Part shown: positions 18,520 to 28,026 of the stretch, in pieces
Numbering within the stretch: position 1 is the first letter of the stretch
Layout of the letters: each line of letters opens with the position of its first letter
Assembly (NCBI GenBank): GCA_022837635.1
Contig: JALHFY010000001.1
Coordinates: forward strand, 23,562-87,561
Direction of reading: 5' to 3'
Origin: Candidatus Shapirobacteria bacterium
Lineage (GTDB): Bacteria; Patescibacteriota; Microgenomatia; UBA12405
DNA: 64,000 nucleotides
Notes under the pieces: model-generated
The model's database searches: none
Told to the model about the DNA's origin: nothing
Seen by the model: the letters and a program-made list of their open reading frames with translations, nothing else
Made by a program: the position numbers and the translations under genes

Positions 18520-18745
18520 AACGGAATAGGTTGGTGGGGTTTGATTATTCACAAGCAGGTTGGTATTTTGTCACCATTTGTAGTCAGGAAAAAGGAAATA
18601 TTTTTGGGGAGGTGGTGAAAGGGAAGGTGAAATAAATCAAAATATATTTTTGGATGAATATATAATCATGCCGGATCATGTGCATGGGATTATTGAAATC
18701 GTAGGGGCCGGGCAGTGCCCGGCCCGTACCAATTCGAAATTATAT
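18520..18745 (+). pseudogene. Degenerate fragment of an IS200/RAYT-type HUH transposase
   Basis: MPDHVHGIIEIVGAG, followed by the GC hairpin gggccgggcagtgcccggccc and ...ARTNSKL. The fragment is frameshifted and has no full ORF. Confidence 0.45.
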
Positions 18746-21399
18746 TATCGGGAATCCGAGGAATTTTTTAAAAGCCAAAAAAGGGTGATGATTAACAAGC
18801 CAAAGCCGAGGAATTGAAGCAGTTGAGGCCAGAATAAAATATAGATATCGGGACAGGGCGATGTCTTGTCTGTACATAGGGAATCAGGTAATTCCCAGGC
18901 ATTGGCCCAATTGTTCAAAAGATAATGGTTTTTAAGGAGATGTATTTTGCTGTTTTGTCGGTAAAAAGCCAACCAACCGGAAGAATAAGATTGAGGTAGG
19001 ATCAGAGTATGGGCTAGGGCATCAAGATTTATTTTGTAATAAAAAATACTGTTTTTAGAGTCGAGATAATGTCGATTAAGGGGAGCCGGATAATTTGGGG
19101 GACTGGAGAATAAGTTATAAACAGTGATGTTGTCAATATAGTTTTTGTTGGCTTGATGAAAACTGGTGTTATTGAAAATAAAATTAAGACCATAATCAAA
19201 AGTATCGGACTGTCGAGCGGGAATATAAAACCACGAAGTGGCGGGATTGGGAGAGATAGGGAGAAGGGTTTCAAAATACTTATTTAAAAGATTATCGGAA
19301 ATGGCGGAAATTTTGAGAGGCAATCCAGCTTCATGTCGAGAATTTATTTTGACCAGATAATTTTGGGAGAGAGAGGCTTTGGGGAAGTGAAAAGCAAAAA
19401 TGTTTTGCGTGGTATCTGAATGTTCCTGACTTTGAGTAACCAATACATTTTCGGTTAATAAAAGCGAGTTGGGATCAAAGTTTAATTCTGATTGCAGACG
19501 AGAAGTGAAATAATTATCAAAATTGGGGGAGGCTTGGTGGTCGACAAGATAGTCGCCCAATCTTTGATAATCATAATCGACTAGAGCAAAATCGAAAGCT
19601 GGGGCGGAAGGAAGTTGGGAGGTGGTAGCAATTTTAGTGGAAAAATTAGTTTGATAAACAGAAATATTTTGAGTTTGTTTGACCAGGATTAAATTAGGTA
19701 AACTGTCGAGTAAATTTTTGGTCGGTTGGGATAATTTACCGTAGATGTTTTCATCGGGAAAATAAATATTGTTGTCAAAAATAATGTATTCAATAAAATA
19801 TTTGGAAAAGACATTGTTTAACAGTAATGGATCTTGGCTTTGAATGGCATGACTTAATTCCCAATAATATTGTTCGTTTTTTAAATTCCAAGTATCAAAG
19901 GCACGGTCTAAAATTGGTTGAGGGATGGCATACCAAATGAAGCCAGAACCGGATAGATTCCATTTATAGTTGGTCCAACCCCAAAAAGAACCTTGGGGGA
20001 GATTGGCGATACGAGCGGTCGGGGCGACTTGAGATTGAAAAAAGTTAAAGATTTCCATGTATTCTTGGGGAATTTTTTGTCGAACATCAGGTGAGAAATA
20101 GTTACCACTAAAACTAGGTTGAGAGAAGAAATAAAGACAAAGAAGAGACAGAAAAATTGGCAACTTGGCGACAAAAGAAGAGTATTTTAATTGAGTTGCG
20201 ATTTGATAAAGGAGTTGTAAGCCTAAAGCAAAGAGGTAACTAAAAAGGAAGGCGGCGGGTACCAGAAATTTGGTCCAAGGTGAACGAAAAATTTGGTTGA
20301 TAATGGGCAGTGAACGGAGAGCTTGATTTAAAAGATTGAAAGGAAATTGGTTGGAAAGTAAAGTTAGGGCGGAGAGGAGTAATAAAAAAATAAGGGAGAT
20401 TTTAATATACTTGGGGGTATGTCGATGAGTAAAGAGAGAAATAAAACCTAAGATAACCACAAGAGATAAAAGATAGCCACAGAGGAGAAAATAATGATTG
20501 GAAAAATGTTGTTGCCACGCGGCTAAAAGAGCGGTATTGTTACTGGGAAAATCGTAATAATAGCCACGCAAGAGCAAAAAATCGCTTAGATTGCCCCGGG
20601 CCTGATTGCGAGCAAAGGTTTCATTGTTACTCATGAAATTGCCAATGCCGGCAGTGGGGTTTTGAAGATTGGTTTTGAGAAAATAAAGTTGAGATAAGAG
20701 CCAAAAAGAATTAATTAAGAAGATAATTAGATAAATAGATAAGTAGTTGGGAAGATGAGAAATTTTTGGACGGGTTATAAAATGGGCGAGTAAAATTAAC
20801 GAGATACACAGTAGATAGACAATAAAAATAGTTTGGACGTGGAAAGAGGGGATGGCTAGGATATTTAAGATAATCAGTTTTTTGAGGTGTTTTTTATTTT
20901 CCAAAAAATCCCAAAAAGTAAAAATCAGCCAGGGAAAAAAGCCCCAAAAGGTGGAAAATGATTCCAAAGGGACACGGAAATATTGAACAGAGCCGAAATT
21001 CAGAAGATAAAAAAGAGCAGCGGCGAGAGGGATTAATTTTTGGGACAGATGTTTTTTGAGACCAAAATAAATACCAAAGGTACCTAAAAAGAGCATGGCA
21101 AAATGCCAAAAATAACGGATTAATCTGACAGGTAGAATGAGGGTTAGGGGTAAGATGAGCAGTTGACGGATAAGATCAGTAGCGTGGGCCATACCACCGA
21201 CTAAACCTAGACCTTGATATTCTTGCCAGACGGCTAAAAAAGATCTTTTTAGATTTAAGCTGAGATTGAGTTCCGGCATGAGATTGTCCCAACCGATCAA
21301 AAAGGTACCGGGAGTATAGTTTTTAAGGCACAAAAGAGAGAGGACAGCGACTAAAATAATTTCGCTAAGATGTCGTTTACACCAGGCAAAGATAGGCAT
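18745..21399 (-). CDS. Large polytopic membrane protein, probably a GT-C-type glycosyltransferase
   Basis: An 884-aa protein with many transmembrane segments, adjacent to a GT2 gene. Confidence 0.4.
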   Translation of the reverse strand: MPIFAWCKRHLSEIILVAVLSLLCLKNYTPGTFLIGWDNLMPELNLSLNLKRSFLAVWQEYQGLGLVGGMAHATDLIRQLLILPLTLILPVRLIRYFWHFAMLFLGTFGIYFGLKKHLSQKLIPLAAALFYLLNFGSVQYFRVPLESFSTFWGFFPWLIFTFWDFLENKKHLKKLIILNILAIPSFHVQTIFIVYLLCISLILLAHFITRPKISHLPNYLSIYLIIFLINSFWLLSQLYFLKTNLQNPTAGIGNFMSNNETFARNQARGNLSDFLLLRGYYYDFPSNNTALLAAWQQHFSNHYFLLCGYLLSLVVILGFISLFTHRHTPKYIKISLIFLLLLSALTLLSNQFPFNLLNQALRSLPIINQIFRSPWTKFLVPAAFLFSYLFALGLQLLYQIATQLKYSSFVAKLPIFLSLLCLYFFSQPSFSGNYFSPDVRQKIPQEYMEIFNFFQSQVAPTARIANLPQGSFWGWTNYKWNLSGSGFIWYAIPQPILDRAFDTWNLKNEQYYWELSHAIQSQDPLLLNNVFSKYFIEYIIFDNNIYFPDENIYGKLSQPTKNLLDSLPNLILVKQTQNISVYQTNFSTKIATTSQLPSAPAFDFALVDYDYQRLGDYLVDHQASPNFDNYFTSRLQSELNFDPNSLLLTENVLVTQSQEHSDTTQNIFAFHFPKASLSQNYLVKINSRHEAGLPLKISAISDNLLNKYFETLLPISPNPATSWFYIPARQSDTFDYGLNFIFNNTSFHQANKNYIDNITVYNLFSSPPNYPAPLNRHYLDSKNSIFYYKINLDALAHTLILPQSYSSGWLAFYRQNSKIHLLKNHYLLNNWANAWELPDSLCTDKTSPCPDIYILFWPQLLQFLGFGLLIITLFWLLKNSSDSR

Positions 21400-21406
21400 T
21401 AACTAA

Positions 21407-22285
21407 TTATACTGATTTGGAGAAAGAAACGACAGGGAAGTTTGATTTAGGTTGAGTGACACCACGAACTAAATACCACAAATGATAAATAGTATTGGAA
21501 GGTAGAATTGAGATGGCAAAAATTTGAGCCAAGTTAATCAGAATAGAAAGAAAGGTAGGTCGATATCCATTTTTAAGAGCTAAAAGACGACTTTGTAGAG
21601 TGAGAGCAAAGGTTTTTTTAGGATTAAGACGAGAGAGGGAACCCTCGACTTGACGATAAAAATAAAGGTTGTCGGGTAAATTGGTGATATCACCATATTT
21701 AATCAGTTGAAAATAGAGATTAACTTCTTCAGCGGAACGTTTAGAGGGTTCATACCAATTGAATTTTTTAGGCAACAGAGAACGATTGACCATCATGTAA
21801 CCTTGCTGAGTTGGTACGGCCCAAAACATCATATTTTTGACTTTTTGGGGATTAGTGGGAAAAGATTTGGTGCCGATAACTTGATTTTGTTCATTGACAA
21901 GAGTGCATTGACCACCGACCAAAACAGTTTTTTTATGTTTTTTAAGATAGGCCAGTTGTTTTTCGAGACGGTTGGAAACAGAGATGTCGTCGGCATCCAT
22001 GCGGGCCAAGTATTTGCAACGAGCATGGGCAATAGCGATATTACTGGTCAGAGAAACGCCTAAATTAATTTTGTTTTTATAGGCACGGATACGTTTATCC
22101 AGGCGAGCGTATTTTTTGATGATTTTCCAAGAGTCATCATCAGAGGCGTCATCAATGATGATAAATTCAAAGCGGGTGAAGGTTTGAGAGAGGATGGATT
22201 CAATGGCAGCGGGCAGATAGGTGGCGGCATTCCAGACCGGCATATAGACGGAAATTAGAGGTTTTTTAAATTTAAAGTTGGTCAT
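21407..22285 (-). CDS. Family 2 glycosyltransferase
   Basis: ISVYMPVWNAATYL...IIIDDASDD...DADD motifs. Confidence 0.8.
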   Translation of the reverse strand: MTNFKFKKPLISVYMPVWNAATYLPAAIESILSQTFTRFEFIIIDDASDDDSWKIIKKYARLDKRIRAYKNKINLGVSLTSNIAIAHARCKYLARMDADDISVSNRLEKQLAYLKKHKKTVLVGGQCTLVNEQNQVIGTKSFPTNPQKVKNMMFWAVPTQQGYMMVNRSLLPKKFNWYEPSKRSAEEVNLYFQLIKYGDITNLPDNLYFYRQVEGSLSRLNPKKTFALTLQSRLLALKNGYRPTFLSILINLAQIFAISILPSNTIYHLWYLVRGVTQPKSNFPVVSFSKSV

Positions 22286-22437
22286 GGTAGTTTCGCCTTG
22301 TAACTAAGGACTCATCAGCTCCGCAGTGGCGGAGGACTACCAACAATCTCTTTCTTTCTTTCCTTTCTTTTTCCCCATGCTCCCGCGGGAACTTTGCCTA
22401 TTGGCATTGTTCCCACGAGGGGTTAAGGGGGAGGGGG

Positions 22438-23412
22438 TTATGGCATGATTACAATCTGCACACCTACCAAAATTTCATCAGGGAGATATTCTTTGAGTGA
22501 GTCAGTTACAGCTAGCCCCAGACGGCTGGTTATATCAAAATTGCCATTGAGGATTTCATCGACTACTCGATTGCTAATATCTTTTGTGAGGTGTGGTTGG
22601 TCAAACCATAAGACAAGTTCTGCGTTTCGTAGCTCGATGTCTTGGATACCAGACTTGAGTTGAAATAATGCACCTTCATTAAATTCGAGTCCATTAATAC
22701 GGATACCACCGCCAAAAATGACAGGGATGGTTTCACATGTATTAAGACGAACTTTGATCCAGGTATTTTCAACAGTCCTTAATTCAGTTTCTGTTAATGA
22801 TTCATTCCAAGCTTTGCCTGGTACGATGGTACGCCGCGAGGTCCAAACAACTCGGTTGCCGATATCGTGGACTGATTCGGTTTGGATATACTCTCCGGCA
22901 TCTGTCCAATTGACACCATCGATGGATATTTGAATGGTGTCACAAGCGACAACTTTGTCGTTAGGTTCTTCGGATGTTTCCGACTCTGTCGTTTCGACTG
23001 TCGGAGTAGGGGTGACGACCTCAACTTCTTCCGTTTCTGGTGTGGGAGTGACCTCAACTACAGGTTCTTCGGATGTTTCCGACTCTGTCGTTTCGACTGT
23101 TGGAGTGGGGGTGGGGGGAGTAACGTTGGTAGCTTTCGGTCGAAATACGATTAGAGCTATAATACCCGCCGCCAGTGCTATACCTACAAGCAACGGCCAC
23201 CACGGTCGACGTTGCGGTTCCTCCTGGGTGGTATTGGGGGTAGGGTCGACTTCGATGAAGTCGCCCTCTTCGATATTATTTTCATGGTCCATTATATTTT
23301 CCTTTCTTATCGGTGCCCAACCAGCGGCGACCAGTTTGCGTATTGTTGCTTTTTTAAGCTGACGCTCACGGTAACCTCGGCGGGCATTGATCTTGGTTTG
23401 TCTGGGGTCCAT
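22438..23412 (-). CDS. Membrane-anchored protein with a duplicated Thr/Pro/Glu-rich linker, lying in a GC-richer island. The likely start is the ATG at 23412 behind an AGGAGG Shine-Dalgarno sequence
   Basis: A transmembrane segment WWPLLVGIALAAGIIALIVF. The block TPTPTVETTESETSEEP occurs twice, encoded by 51-bp direct repeats at about 22964 and 23063. Confidence 0.5.
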   Translation of the reverse strand: MDPRQTKINARRGYRERQLKKATIRKLVAAGWAPIRKENIMDHENNIEEGDFIEVDPTPNTTQEEPQRRPWWPLLVGIALAAGIIALIVFRPKATNVTPPTPTPTVETTESETSEEPVVEVTPTPETEEVEVVTPTPTVETTESETSEEPNDKVVACDTIQISIDGVNWTDAGEYIQTESVHDIGNRVVWTSRRTIVPGKAWNESLTETELRTVENTWIKVRLNTCETIPVIFGGGIRINGLEFNEGALFQLKSGIQDIELRNAELVLWFDQPHLTKDISNRVVDEILNGNFDITSRLGLAVTDSLKEYLPDEILVGVQIVIMP

Positions 23413-23831
23413 TAACAGCCTCCTTTCTGGACGGGAGACCTCCCAGAATAAAAACATGTTGAATGCGAACTTCAGCCACCTGTGTGACAAGATCCGTCGT
23501 TGGACCTCTTATTGAACCCTCTCCTTTCAATAGAGTTCACTTAAGCCCGGAGTAGGGCGGGACTAAGTGAACTCTACTAAAGGAGTTTTTTTAGGAAAGA
23601 TTTTAGAAAGAGATTGTTAAAGAACTGTGTTTTTGGCTAATCCAAACGCGGTGTCTGGGTAGCCGCTGACACTGACTGGTGATAAACACCAGGGGAGAAA
23701 CGGAGTAAGTATGACGAGGAGCCACCTTACCCCGAGAGTCTCTCCTCTGATGTTTATTCAGAGGGAAGTTAAACTTCTAGTTGTTAAAAGATTGAAAGTT
23801 GACTATCACAATCAACAATCAATTGTAATGA
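23413..23831 (-). ncRNA. Long structured 5' leader / candidate cis-regulatory RNA of the CDS at 22438..23412
   Basis: About 410 nt with no ORF. A perfect 13-bp stem tagagttcactta / taagtgaactcta with a 20-nt GC loop lies at 23531-23576. Several additional hairpins are present, and a promoter sits upstream on the minus strand. Confidence 0.35.
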
Positions 23832-23860
23832 AGTGTATCAAGAAAAGACGATAATGTCAA
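23832..23860 (-). promoter_or_regulatory. Sigma70-like promoter on the minus strand: TTGACA, 17 nt, TACACT
   Basis: This is the reverse complement of agtgtatcaagaaaagacgataatgtcaa. Confidence 0.4.
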
Positions 23861-23912
23861 GTTATAGGATATGAAAAATTGGTATAAAATAAATTGAAAT
23901 TTTGAAGGTACA

Positions 23913-24281
23913 ATGTTACATATGACAACAATAAGTAAGATTATTAACAAATATAAAGAGTTCTATTTTCAACAATGGCGAGGTCATGAAAAAGAATGTC
24001 CGGTGTTTCAAGAAAAGGTATATGTAACTCGTTTGGGGTGGAATCATATTGTTTTTAACAAAAGACACAGATCAAAGGATGTGGTGATGAGATTGAAAGC
24101 GTTGATGTTAGCTAAAGAATTGTTGGAAAAAGCAACTATATATCAAGACAGACGAATTAAGAACGGCAATTATTTTTATGCGTTTGATGGTATTATTCGG
24201 AATAAAAAAATTAGAGTGATAGTGACTTCAAAGGGAAAGAAAGGTAAGAAGATCTTTTTGTCAGTGATTTATCGAGCATAA
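23913..24281 (+). CDS. Hypothetical protein
   Basis: A 122-aa ORF. Confidence 0.4.
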   Translation: MLHMTTISKIINKYKEFYFQQWRGHEKECPVFQEKVYVTRLGWNHIVFNKRHRSKDVVMRLKALMLAKELLEKATIYQDRRIKNGNYFYAFDGIIRNKKIRVIVTSKGKKGKKIFLSVIYRA

Positions 24282-24422
24282 AAAAAAGATTTTGTGTCTC
24301 CACTTTGGCCTTGATGAGGGTTGAGTGAGTCAAGGGTAAACCTTTCACAAAATCTTGAGTGTATTGTACCTGTTAATGTATGGTTTTGTCAATTGAGTAC
24401 TGGAATAGTCCCGGAAAAGAGA

Positions 24423-25322
24423 TTATTTTAGAGTTTTCAAAAAGTCTTTGATGTCGGTGGCGTAGTCGTCGTTGAGCATGGCTACGGCAATGTTGGCTTT
24501 GAGCCAGCGAAGAGGATCACCGGTGGTCATCCAGTCGGATTTATCGTCGAGGCTCTCGGTGATAACGATGTCAGTTTCAGCCAGGGTATTGATAGAATCG
24601 GCATACCAAAGTTCATTGTCTTTAGAGAGACCTTGTTTAGTGAGAACGGGCCAGAGTTTTTCGGCGTCAACGATAGAACGACCGACTTGTCCAAAGAAAG
24701 AAGGAGCATCTTTAGCGGTGGGTTTTTCAACCATACCGGAGATGCGGTGAGGATATTTTTTATCAGGCATAAATTTAACGGCACCATAGCGGTGAATTTC
24801 GGCGGGACCAACATCTTTAACGGAAACATTGATGGCCGGAGTGTATTTTTCAAAAGTTTTAATCATCTTTTTCAGAAAACGACCGGTTTCTTTTTCGATA
24901 ATCAAGTCATCACCGAACATATAGACAAAAGGGTCGTTGCCGATAAAAGAACGGGCGGCCAACAGAGGTGAACCGTTACCATAGGGAAGGTGGGTGGGTT
25001 GGGGAATTAATTTAAAAGTTTTAAGACTTTGGTGAATTTTTTTGAGAGAGTCGAGGGCGTCCAGTTTGTTAACAGATTTAAGGTATTGTTCCCAATCTTG
25101 ACTGGGTTGAAAATAGCCACGAACGGTTTTTTCACCATGACGGTGGACAATACAAATTTCAGTAATACCGGCAGCAATGGCTTCTTCGACTAGATATTGA
25201 ATATTGGGTTTGTTTAAGACGGGAACTAATTCTTTGGCATAGGCTTTGACGGTGGGGAGAAAACGGGTGCCACGGCCGGCAGCAGCAATAACAGCTTTTT
25301 TGACTTGGATTTTTTTGGTCAT
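24423..25322 (-). CDS. galU: UTP--glucose-1-phosphate uridylyltransferase (GalU-like)
   Basis: Motif AVIAAAGRGTRFLP..KELVPV. Confidence 0.75.
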   Translation of the reverse strand: MTKKIQVKKAVIAAAGRGTRFLPTVKAYAKELVPVLNKPNIQYLVEEAIAAGITEICIVHRHGEKTVRGYFQPSQDWEQYLKSVNKLDALDSLKKIHQSLKTFKLIPQPTHLPYGNGSPLLAARSFIGNDPFVYMFGDDLIIEKETGRFLKKMIKTFEKYTPAINVSVKDVGPAEIHRYGAVKFMPDKKYPHRISGMVEKPTAKDAPSFFGQVGRSIVDAEKLWPVLTKQGLSKDNELWYADSINTLAETDIVITESLDDKSDWMTTGDPLRWLKANIAVAMLNDDYATDIKDFLKTLK

Positions 25323-25350
25323 ATAAAAGATTTTAACAGATATAAATTAC

Positions 25351-25938
25351 TTAGATTTCAATCCAGCTAAAGTAAGTAGTTTTGTCAGGTTGGGTTTCTT
25401 TATAGCCAGTTTTGACTATCTGAGAGGGATTTAATTGTGTTTCATAAAAGAAACCGCGGTATTCGCTATTGAGGCCGGGATAACTAAGAGATGTACGTTT
25501 TGTTTGTGTGGTGCTAGTTGGTTGAAGAAATAAATTGTCGTTTCTAATACCAAGTTCTTCAGCCAGAGCTCTAAGAGCAGCTTTTTCGGGTTGTTCCCCA
25601 ATGTGTATTTTTTCGCTAACAGCACCGGTGGCATAATGTCTGGTTCTAATTCTTTCTTGGAGAGTGTTTTCATTGAAGACCTGTTTTTCTTCGATGAGTT
25701 GGTGCTTTTTGCCATCAAAAAATCCCAAAACATTGATGTCAACAAAATCAACTCTTCTGGTGAGCTCATTATTTTGAGATGTGAGATAACTATCGTGATT
25801 TTTTAACTCTTCAAAGAGGTGTTGAGGGGTTTTTGCGTAACCTTTTCCCCATTCGTTAATAGATATGTTAAATTTTTTAAGGATAGAGATTAGTGAAGGG
25901 AGGTCGGCGGGGACAGTGATTAACTGAGCTTCAATCAT
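25351..25938 (-). CDS. Hypothetical protein with a Nudix-box-like motif. The start is the ATG at 25938, not the longer ORF in the track
   Basis: GEQPEKAALRALAEELGI approximates the GX5EX7REUXEEXGU Nudix box. The upstream ORF extension is a translation of tRNA repeats. Confidence 0.3.
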   Translation of the reverse strand: MIEAQLITVPADLPSLISILKKFNISINEWGKGYAKTPQHLFEELKNHDSYLTSQNNELTRRVDFVDINVLGFFDGKKHQLIEEKQVFNENTLQERIRTRHYATGAVSEKIHIGEQPEKAALRALAEELGIRNDNLFLQPTSTTQTKRTSLSYPGLNSEYRGFFYETQLNPSQIVKTGYKETQPDKTTYFSWIEI

Positions 25939-26085
25939 GTGGACCCAAGGGGACTCGAACCCCTGACCTGTCCGATGTCCATCGGACCGCGTTGACAAAT
26001 GGATAACATACTGTGAACCCAAGGGGACTCGAACCCCTGACCTGTCCGATGTCCATCGGACCGCGTTGACAAATGGATAACATAC
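25938..26085 (-). repeat. Two tandem 74-bp units, each made of the 3' 31 nt of tRNA-Ala fused to a 24-nt palindromic core
   Basis: Unit starts are at 25938 and 26012. The core tgacctgtccgatgtccatcggac lies at 25964-25987 and 26038-26061. Confidence 0.85.
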
Positions 26086-26087
26086 TG

Positions 26088-26160
26088 TGGACCCAAGGGG
26101 ACTCGAACCCCTGACCTTCCCCATGCCATGGGGACGCGCTACCAACTACGCTATGGGCCC
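26088..26160 (-). tRNA. tRNA-Ala (anticodon GGC)
   Basis: Cloverleaf GGGCCCA..TTGGCAT loop..GGTTCGAGTCC..TGGGTCCA. Confidence 0.85.
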
Positions 26161-26186
26161 AAAAGGTAGGTATATTTTAACAAAAC

Positions 26187-26260
26187 TGGCAGGCCCATGA
26201 GGATTCGAACCTCAAATAAAGGTTTTGGAGACCTTGGTGATACCATTTCACTATGGGCCT
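26187..26260 (-). tRNA. tRNA-Trp (anticodon CCA), with an encoded CCA 3' end
   Basis: AGGCCCATAGTGAAATGGTATCACCAAGGTCTCCAAAACCTT...GGTTCGAATCC. Confidence 0.85.
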
Positions 26261-26294
26261 GGATTATGTATTTTATCATTGATATATTACACCA

Positions 26295-26864
26295 ATGAGT
26301 CGAAGTAGGTTAATTTTAGGAATTACGGGAACAAATGGAGCGGGAAAGGGGACGGTGGTGGAGTATTTAGTTAAAAATCATGGTTTTGCACATTTTAGCG
26401 CCAGTGCTTTGATCAGTGAGGAAATTGAAAAAAGAAAAATGCCGGTAAACAGAGAATCAATGATAGAGGTGGGCAATGATTTGAGAGCCAAATTTGGAGC
26501 CGGTTTTATTGCTCAAGAATTGATTAAAAGAGCATCACAAACAGACAAGAATGCGATTGTGGAGAGTATTAGAACTGTAGGAGAAATAGAAAAACTGCGT
26601 GAAGTTGGGGGAATTTTACTGGCAGTTGATGCTTTGCAGAAATTAAGATACGAGAGAAATTTGAAACGGGGTAGTAATAAAGATAATGTGATTTGGGAGG
26701 AGTTTGTGGATCAAGAATTAAGAGAATCAGAGTCGACTGATCCGAATAAACAGAACTTGATAGCTTGCAGGGACAGAGCGGATTATCGATTGGAAAATAA
26801 TGGCAGTTTGGAAGATTTATATGAACAAATAGAAAAAATATTAAATATTATTAAAAACAAATGA
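26295..26864 (+). CDS. P-loop NTPase, putative nucleotide / nucleoside monophosphate kinase
   Basis: Walker A GITGTNGAGKGT. Confidence 0.45.
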   Translation: MSRSRLILGITGTNGAGKGTVVEYLVKNHGFAHFSASALISEEIEKRKMPVNRESMIEVGNDLRAKFGAGFIAQELIKRASQTDKNAIVESIRTVGEIEKLREVGGILLAVDALQKLRYERNLKRGSNKDNVIWEEFVDQELRESESTDPNKQNLIACRDRADYRLENNGSLEDLYEQIEKILNIIKNK

Positions 26865-27349
26865 GCAAAAAATATCAAAGACCAAGTTGGGACGATTATT
26901 TTTTTGAGGTAGCCGATGCTATTTCTAAACGGGCTACTTGTGATCGAGGTAGAGCTGGCAGTGTCGCTGTTAAAGATAATCAAATTTTAGTAACTGGTTA
27001 TGTGGGTTCGCCGGTGGGTTTTCCTCATTGTGATGAAGAAGGCCATGATTTAAGAAAGGTGCTCCATGAAGATGGTAGTATCAGCCAACATTGTATGAGA
27101 ACAGTACATTCGGAGCAGAATTTAATTTGTCAAGCAGCCAAAAGAGGAGTTTCTCTGGATGGAGCCACAGTGTATACCCGGATGACTCCTTGTCGAACTT
27201 GTGCCATGCTTTTGATTAATTGTGGAGTAAAAAAAGTTTTTTGTGAAAGAAAATATCACACTGGTAGTGAAACTGAAGAGATGTTTAAGAGAGCGGGAAT
27301 AGAATTGGTTTATAAGTATGATGAAGTTCAGAAGTATCCGAATCAGTAA
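26861..27349 (+). CDS. dCMP / cytidine-family deaminase
   Basis: HCDEEGH...HSEQN...PCRTC zinc-binding motifs. Confidence 0.75.
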   Translation: MSKKYQRPSWDDYFFEVADAISKRATCDRGRAGSVAVKDNQILVTGYVGSPVGFPHCDEEGHDLRKVLHEDGSISQHCMRTVHSEQNLICQAAKRGVSLDGATVYTRMTPCRTCAMLLINCGVKKVFCERKYHTGSETEEMFKRAGIELVYKYDEVQKYPNQ

Positions 27350-27375
27350 TTAACTTTGTTATACAAAGTTAACTT

Positions 27376-27882
27376 ATGAAATACTTTGAAGCTAATTATA
27401 AAATCGTCGAAGGGATTAGTGAAAAAAATATTGAGGAGTTGATTTTATTCAGTCGTCAAGATGAAGAGGTATTGAAGTTTACCGGGGATAGGGAAAGATT
27501 TGCGAATAGAGAGAAATTTGACCAATGGTGTGAAAAAGGAAGATATATTTATACTTTGGTTGATCAAGAGGGTAAATTAGGTGGAATTGTGTGGTTTGGG
27601 GAGAAAGAGGGAGCTTGGACATTGGCCATCAGGATGTATGGAGCGGCTAGGGGCAGAGACTGGTCCTATGATTTTTTATCCGAGTCGATGAAAAAATTGA
27701 TGGAAAGAAAGGTGTTTAAGACATCGATGGTTAAGGATTGGTGGTTGGAATGTAGTGAAGATAATATGCCGGCGAGAAAATTATACGAAAAAATGGGATT
27801 CAAGCTGAGCGGAAAAGGAAAGGAAGAGGGGAAGATTATTTACCGCCGGAGCCACGACTTTGGGTCCGAAAAGAAGAATTGA
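27376..27882 (+). CDS. GNAT-family N-acetyltransferase
   Basis: C-terminal NMPARKLYEKMGF motif. Confidence 0.6.
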   Translation: MKYFEANYKIVEGISEKNIEELILFSRQDEEVLKFTGDRERFANREKFDQWCEKGRYIYTLVDQEGKLGGIVWFGEKEGAWTLAIRMYGAARGRDWSYDFLSESMKKLMERKVFKTSMVKDWWLECSEDNMPARKLYEKMGFKLSGKGKEEGKIIYRRSHDFGSEKKN

Positions 27883-28026
27883 AACGGTTGTTGTTAAATT
27901 TAGGTAAATTGGGACGGCTTTGAAATTGGGGGTTTTGGAAAGGTGATTGTGGTTTGAAAGGTCTAGGATTGGGAGGAGTTACCGGTGTGGTTTTTTTAGG
28001 TTCTTGTTGAGTAGTCATATCTGAGT

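Noticed and set aside
22415-22440. G-run cluster gaggggttaagggggagggggtt as a possible G-quadruplex
   Set aside because: Only three clear G-tracts are present. It is insufficient to call an intramolecular G4, and is noted only as part of the GC-rich island.
23700-23760. Resemblance of ...GGUAAGGUGGCUCCUCGUCAUAC... in the long leader to the M-box (Mg2+) riboswitch 5' segment
   Set aside because: The similarity is limited to about 13 nt, and the other conserved M-box elements are not recognisable by eye. It is left as an unclassified structured leader.
25935-26145. ORF 25935..26129(-) and the N-terminal extension of the 264-aa ORF 25351..26145
   Set aside because: They are translations of the tandem tRNA-Ala 3'-half repeats and tRNA-Ala itself, shown by the repeated peptide VRVPLGPQYVIHLSTRSDGHRTGQGFESPWVH. 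The real CDS starts at the ATG at 25938.
27883-28026. ORF 27836..28096(-) encoding a Pro/Gln-rich low-complexity peptide
   Set aside because: It is probably a spurious reading of an intergenic spacer. A short coupled ORF (MTTQQEPKK...) cannot be excluded, but there is no support.
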